IMG/VR virus record: IMGVR_UViG_3300031994_000034
Reading direction: 5' to 3' (one strand)
DNA from: a virus
Length of the DNA: 64,000 nt
Shown piece after piece: positions 59,447-64,000 of the stretch. Positions within the stretch are counted from its first letter, which is position 1, and each line of letters opens with the position of its first letter. The notes under the pieces were generated by a model. The model saw only the letters and a list, made by a program, of their open reading frames with translations, had not been told where the DNA came from and made no database searches. The translations under genes and the position numbers were made by a program.

Positions 59447-60175
59447 ATGAAGAAAAGAAACTACAAGCGCATCTTCCGCCCCGGAACGCTATTCCGTGTG
59501 GCGGGCACAAACGCCGTGTTCATGTCGCTCGGACTGAACCCGAAGGACAACCGGCAGATTCTCTCATTCAACGGTATGGACATCGTGCGCCGCTGTGTCG
59601 TGAAGCGTGCCGATGGACGCGCCGTGCCCGTCACAAGGCGCGAGCAGCAGACCTACTGGGCCGTGATGCGCGAGGTGATAGCACAGCGCGAGGAAGCACC
59701 GAAATTCTCGCCGGGCGACTGGATTACTGAAATCAGCACCGGACGCTACGACCTGGTTGAGAGATACAGCAACGGCTACTACGCCTGCGAGAACTGCGGA
59801 TTCCCGAAGCACTACCAAGTAGGCTACCGTCGCTGGAACATCAACGATGCCCGCCCCGGCAACATCCTCTTCTATCACCCCACGAAGATGGCCTTCATTT
59901 TTAAGGGTTTCGAGGGTGACGACCGCAAGCTGAAGCTCTTCTGCAGCTGCAACATCGAGGCACCCGACCAGCCAGGATTCTTCCAGCTCTACGACGAGGA
60001 CGAGTATTTTGGACGAGCCGACGACCCCAACATCATCCTCGGCGTCATCCCTGCCAACAACAAGCAGGGCCGGACGATGTTCGCCAAGATGCAAAGCGAG
60101 GGCTACGACCTGAAGACGTGTCGGGACGGTCGGCTCGTACTGGTGAAGACACGGAACGAGCAAAAGGAGGACTGA
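59447..60175 (+). CDS. hypothetical protein
   Basis: 242-aa ORF. Confidence 0.6.
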   Translation: MKKRNYKRIFRPGTLFRVAGTNAVFMSLGLNPKDNRQILSFNGMDIVRRCVVKRADGRAVPVTRREQQTYWAVMREVIAQREEAPKFSPGDWITEISTGRYDLVERYSNGYYACENCGFPKHYQVGYRRWNINDARPGNILFYHPTKMAFIFKGFEGDDRKLKLFCSCNIEAPDQPGFFQLYDEDEYFGRADDPNIILGVIPANNKQGRTMFAKMQSEGYDLKTCRDGRLVLVKTRNEQKED

Positions 60176-60178
60176 CCG

Positions 60179-60379
60179 ATGGACAGCCGAATGGGAATTT
60201 ATGTGTCGTTTGGCAAGGAGGACATCATCCTCGACTGCAAGTACTGTAGCAAGACCGATAAGAAAGGTTTTGGCCTTCATCACGCCTATGGTCATGAGTG
60301 CTTGCTGAAGCCAGAGAAGCGCCGGTGCAACCGCTGTCGATGGTGCTACTTTGGCCCGCATCACACTCACGGATACTGA
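60179..60379 (+). CDS. hypothetical Cys/His-rich protein
   Basis: 66-aa ORF with the GGAGGACTGACCGATG junction. Confidence 0.5.
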   Translation: MDSRMGIYVSFGKEDIILDCKYCSKTDKKGFGLHHAYGHECLLKPEKRRCNRCRWCYFGPHHTHGY

Positions 60380-60441
60380 ATATTTTTTAACTGATTTTTA
60401 GCCAATTTCTGCCAAAAAGGGCATCACAACGAAAGAGCAAT

Positions 60442-60756
60442 ATGACACTGGACGAGGCAATCAATCACTGCGACGAGCGGGCGTGCGGCGACACGGCGTG
60501 CGCCTTGGAGCACCGCCAGCTGAAGGCATGGCTGGAGGAACTGAAGAGAATCGGCGAATGCACATGGCACCAGCCCGGCGACGACCCGCGACGAGAGAAG
60601 GACTACAAAGGGCGCGACCGCCATATCCTCGTGCTCGAAAAGGACGGCACGCTGCGCAAGACGTGGCCCATCCTCTACCGTGCGGAAGACACCCTGCGCT
60701 GGGCCTACGTCGCCGACCTGATGCCCAAAGACATCGACTATGAGAGAATGTATTAA
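60442..60756 (+). CDS. hypothetical protein
   Basis: 104-aa ORF. Confidence 0.55.
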   Translation: MTLDEAINHCDERACGDTACALEHRQLKAWLEELKRIGECTWHQPGDDPRREKDYKGRDRHILVLEKDGTLRKTWPILYRAEDTLRWAYVADLMPKDIDYERMY

Positions 60757-60773
60757 CAATTAAAGCTACAACA

Positions 60774-61325
60774 ATGACAACATCAGAACCGAAGAAAGGC
60801 TTGGAATCGCTGACCGCCGAATACTATCGTTGTTTGGAGCGCGAGCCTGGGCGAAAGGAAGAATGGCGGCAGAAGTACGAATGGGCACTGGCTCGCGCAC
60901 AGCAGTATGCCGACCGCCTTGGCACTGACCGTGAGACAGTGCTGGCAGCATGGGAGGAAGACCGTGACTACTGGTACGTGAACTACTATCAGGAGAGCAA
61001 CCAACCCGACCTTGCCGGCAAAATCGGTGCCGTGACGCTCGCCGAATGGCGGGCCGAGGGTGAACAACTCTACGGCAAAGAACAGCTCGACTGGCGTTTC
61101 CGCTGCCCCGCCTGCGGACATGTGCAAACCATGCGGCAATTCAAGGAGGCTGGGCTGAACCTGCAACTGGCCTACCTCAACTGTGCCTCGCGCCACAATC
61201 TCGGCGGCAAGGCAGACTGTAAGTGGACCATCGGCGGACTGCTCCGTGTTGGAGGCCGCTACGTCATCGACGCCAAGTTTCGCCCACGTTTGATATTTGA
61301 GTTTGCTGACAGAGAAACAAAGTAA
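60774..61325 (+). CDS. hypothetical protein
   Basis: 183-aa ORF with the AGCTACAACA leader. Contains CPACGH. Confidence 0.6.
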   Translation: MTTSEPKKGLESLTAEYYRCLEREPGRKEEWRQKYEWALARAQQYADRLGTDRETVLAAWEEDRDYWYVNYYQESNQPDLAGKIGAVTLAEWRAEGEQLYGKEQLDWRFRCPACGHVQTMRQFKEAGLNLQLAYLNCASRHNLGGKADCKWTIGGLLRVGGRYVIDAKFRPRLIFEFADRETK

Positions 61326-61327
61326 TA

Positions 61328-61615
61328 ATGAAACCTATGGAAAAGAAAACAATCAAATGGCATTCGGCAACGGAAAGCCCCGGCAAGAAAAGATTCGTCG
61401 GCGCCTTCATCAAGAAAGGGCGCAGCGAGGATCAACTGACGTTCAAAGTCATTCGCTACTTCACAGACGGCGTTGTGCCATGTGAAAGTTGCGAGGAAGG
61501 AGGCGATGAGCTGTGTGTGGCATGGACTGACTACAAGGAACTAATCAAAGGCATCACGCCCACGATGATTGCCAATGCCAAGCGCGGCGCGTGGGGCTGG
61601 TGGAAGGAGGAATGA
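61328..61615 (+). CDS. hypothetical protein
   Basis: 95-aa ORF. Confidence 0.55.
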   Translation: MKPMEKKTIKWHSATESPGKKRFVGAFIKKGRSEDQLTFKVIRYFTDGVVPCESCEEGGDELCVAWTDYKELIKGITPTMIANAKRGAWGWWKEE

Positions 61616-61618
61616 CCT

Positions 61619-61774
61619 ATGGACAGACAAGAATTTGAATGGCGGATAGATCAACTTCTAAGAGAATACATTCTCAACAACGATAATGAGGACATCAACA
61701 TCCGCAACAAGATATCGTGGGCGGGTGAGTCTCGCAAATGGTTAGTTGATATATCTGTAAGAAAAATAATATGA
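61619..61774 (+). CDS. hypothetical small protein
   Basis: Hand-translated 51 aa: MDRQEFEWRIDQLLREYILNNDNEDINIRNKISWAGESRKWLVDISVRKII. GGAGGAATGACCTATG junction. Confidence 0.4.
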   Translation: MDRQEFEWRIDQLLREYILNNDNEDINIRNKISWAGESRKWLVDISVRKII

Positions 61775-61818
61775 TTAAGAACCATCCATATTGGTGCAAA
61801 CAGTAAAAGCTACAACAA

Positions 61819-62148
61819 ATGAAACTTATCAATTTTATCAAAGGACTAAGGCTACGCCGCGAAGCAAAGCGCGAAGGCGTGCCATTCAGAGAGTGTATGT
61901 GGTATAATTGCCGGGCCATGCTGCCAAAAGACATCCTTGCCGAAAAATCCTTCATCGAAATCTTCGATGCGGACGGTCGTTATATCGACTGTCCCGGCAT
62001 CGGAGGCGAAGTCGTCTATAACGCCCACGGCAGACGCTACAGCTACCGCGTCGTTGGGTTCAAGAACGATTCGCCCAACCGTGACTGGCTTTATGATACC
62101 GACTACATCAACCCCGTGGTGGAATACGTAGGGAAAGTAAAAGAGTAA
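61819..62148 (+). CDS. hypothetical protein
   Basis: 109-aa ORF with the AGCTACAACA leader. Confidence 0.55.
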   Translation: MKLINFIKGLRLRREAKREGVPFRECMWYNCRAMLPKDILAEKSFIEIFDADGRYIDCPGIGGEVVYNAHGRRYSYRVVGFKNDSPNRDWLYDTDYINPVVEYVGKVKE

Positions 62149-62161
62149 AAAGATTATCACC

Positions 62162-62794
62162 ATGTCACTCGACCTCTACATCTACTCCCGCCGCCCTGTG
62201 CGGCACCAAGGCACTGGCGTATTCGTCCGCGACAACGGGCAGACACGCGAACTGAAAACCATCGACGAGGTGCGGCAGCACTTCCCCGACGCCGATCTCT
62301 CGGACATCCACGTCACCGACTACGAGGACAACGAACTGTTCCACATGAACCTCACCCACAACCTCACGGACATGGCCTCGCACGTCCCCATCGCGGGCAC
62401 CGACGGATACCTCACGCTGCCACAAGACTACGAGCGCGACAAACCCGACTTCACGCCCAAACCACTCTCGGCCTACAACCTGCTGTGGCACCCCGAGACT
62501 AATCCGCTGCTGGAGCAGACCACCATCCACCGCAAGGACACGGCGGATGGCGGTGAGAAGGTCGGCGAGGTGTTGGAACAGCCCGTGACGCGCATCACGC
62601 CCGAGCTGGTCCGTCAGGTTATGGCTGTGTCATTCTATATTACGCATCACCGCGACGAACTCACGCCCTACAATTCAGACAACGGCTGGGGTACCTACGA
62701 ACAGCTCCGTGACCGTACCCGCAATCTCCTCCTCTGTCTGCTCGAAATCCCCGCAGAAGAGTACGACCAATACTGTCTGTACTGCTGGACATGA
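62162..62794 (+). CDS. hypothetical protein
   Basis: 210-aa ORF. Confidence 0.6.
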   Translation: MSLDLYIYSRRPVRHQGTGVFVRDNGQTRELKTIDEVRQHFPDADLSDIHVTDYEDNELFHMNLTHNLTDMASHVPIAGTDGYLTLPQDYERDKPDFTPKPLSAYNLLWHPETNPLLEQTTIHRKDTADGGEKVGEVLEQPVTRITPELVRQVMAVSFYITHHRDELTPYNSDNGWGTYEQLRDRTRNLLLCLLEIPAEEYDQYCLYCWT

Positions 62795-62833
62795 TTTTTC
62801 TAAACAACTAATTAACATAAAACCAAACAAACA

Positions 62834-63394
62834 ATGACAACAAAGACATCCCAATGGTTCGAGTGCAAAGTGCGCTACGACCAGATGCAGGAAAATGGCC
62901 TGCTGAAGAAAGTGACAGAACAGTATGTAGTAGAAGCTCTCAGTTATACCGAGGCAGAAGCTGCCATCATCAAGCAGATTGCTCCCTACATCAGCGGCGA
63001 CTTCGAGATTACCGGCATCAAGCCCGCCGCCTACCGCGACGTGATATTCATGTCGGAAGCTGCGAAGAAGTTCCATAATGAGGTGGACGAAATGACACGT
63101 GCCTTGCAGAAAGGCGATGGTCAGAAAGCAGATGAAGTATTTCATCGTCCACTGGAGCAACAGAACAACACCGACACGTTGTTCTTTAAGGCCAAAATCC
63201 AATTCATCACCCTCGACGAGAAGAGCGGCAAGGAGAAGCGCACTCCAATGACCTATCTTGTGCAGGCTACTTCGCTCGACAATGCCGTGCAAAATATCGG
63301 CGTAGCCATGCAAGGCACGATGATTGACTACGCCAAGTCGAGCGTCGCCGAGACCAAAATCCTTGATGTCTTCGAGCATTGTGCAGCAGAATAA
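62834..63394 (+). CDS. hypothetical protein (resembles the Bacteroidota DUF4494 family)
   Basis: WFECKVRYDQMQENGLLKKVTEQYVVEALSYTEAEAAIIKQIAPYISGDFEI. Family assigned from memory only. Confidence 0.55.
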   Translation: MTTKTSQWFECKVRYDQMQENGLLKKVTEQYVVEALSYTEAEAAIIKQIAPYISGDFEITGIKPAAYRDVIFMSEAAKKFHNEVDEMTRALQKGDGQKADEVFHRPLEQQNNTDTLFFKAKIQFITLDEKSGKEKRTPMTYLVQATSLDNAVQNIGVAMQGTMIDYAKSSVAETKILDVFEHCAAE

Positions 63395-63434
63395 ATCGTA
63401 AATCGGTGGCAACGAACTGCCATTCTAACCGACT

Positions 63435-63938
63435 ATGGATACAAGACAACAACGTAATCCAAGTGTGTCCTCGTATGAGTGGTACACCCCGAAGTGGATT
63501 ATCGACGAGTTGGGACCCTTTGACCTCGACCAATGCGCACCGTTGCCGCATCTCCGTCCCTATGATATCGCACCAGCGTGTTATACAGAGCAAGATGATG
63601 GCCTGAAACAGGAATGGCGTGGTGTCGTGTGGCTTAACCCGCCGTACTCGCGCAAGTTACTCACTCTATTCGTAATGAAGCTGGCTGAGCACAACAACGG
63701 TATTGCCTTGCTGGTTAATAGAACGGACAACGTACTCTTTCAGGATGTTATCTTTCAGAAGGCCGCTTCGCTGCTGTTTATGCGCAACAGGGTGAAGTTC
63801 ATGCGCCCCGACGGTACCACGGGCAACCCCTTCTTCGGTTCGGTGCTTGTTGCCTTCGGATCTGAATGTGACCGACGATTGCGCCGATGTTCGATTGAAG
63901 GGAAATATGTAATACTCAATCCACAAGACAGTAAATAA
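63435..63938 (+). CDS. phage-type N6-adenine DNA methyltransferase (Dam-like)
   Basis: EWYTPKWIIDELGPFDLDQCA ... VWLNPPYS fits the small phage Dam family pattern. Confidence 0.75.
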   Translation: MDTRQQRNPSVSSYEWYTPKWIIDELGPFDLDQCAPLPHLRPYDIAPACYTEQDDGLKQEWRGVVWLNPPYSRKLLTLFVMKLAEHNNGIALLVNRTDNVLFQDVIFQKAASLLFMRNRVKFMRPDGTTGNPFFGSVLVAFGSECDRRLRRCSIEGKYVILNPQDSK

Positions 63939-63942
63939 ATCT

Positions 63943-64000
63943 ATGAGCAAACGAAAATCCCTGCAGCCCTGGCTCGAATACTTCGACATGCTGCACACCT
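63943..64000 (+). CDS. hypothetical protein, 5' fragment running off the window
   Basis: ATG at 63943 (MSKRKSLQPWLEYFDMLHT...), CTATG start context. Confidence 0.35.
   Translation, partial: MSKRKSLQPWLEYFDMLHT

Noticed and set aside
1-64000. Integrase, att sites, transposases or IS elements
   Set aside because: None was recognised in any frame. The only att-like hints are the two tRNA 3'-like fragments, which lack an adjacent recombinase.

Overview
The window is about 64 kb of non-structural sequence from a large mobile element. Recurrent TAnnTTTG -7 boxes (seven exact TACCTTTG copies) point to a Bacteroidota host. I saw no capsid, tail, terminase, integrase or conjugation genes. Recognisable genes include: a ParA partition module with AT-rich centromere-like repeats; a 17-iteron origin next to a putative Rep gene; a divergent XRE-type repressor switch; a CHC2-primase/TOPRIM/P-loop helicase fusion; a beta-clamp-like protein; IF-1 (infA); MazG; an HU-like protein; two Lys/Ala-rich H1-like proteins; an ArdA-like antirestriction domain; three N6-adenine DNA methyltransferases (one frameshifted at a G9 tract); a C5-cytosine methyltransferase with seven tandem TRD-like repeats; and an orphan reverse transcriptase. 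There are also about 90 small unassignable ORFs, mostly on the + strand. This fits a phage-plasmid or huge-phage early/accessory region. The main lead is the reverse transcriptase at 25238-26830. It is followed by three paralogous structured RNA modules of about 300-370 nt that show compensatory base changes and bracket a zinc-ribbon ORF. Related sequence signatures recur in a 1-kb ORF-free structured region ending in a tRNA-like T-arm. Other unusual features:
- An 870-bp array of about 47 copies of TGG(A/G)CG / CG(T/C)CCA between the two H1-like genes.
- Short tandem-repeat cassettes (7-nt and 9-nt units) and a small palindrome that occupy gene junctions and also sit in frame inside unrelated genes.
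- Three copies of a 19-aa hydrophobic micro-ORF.
- Face-to-face promoters at the repressor switch.
- A moron-like cassette flanked by 110-bp direct repeats next to infA.
All functional calls rest on motif recognition by eye. No searches or folding programs were run.
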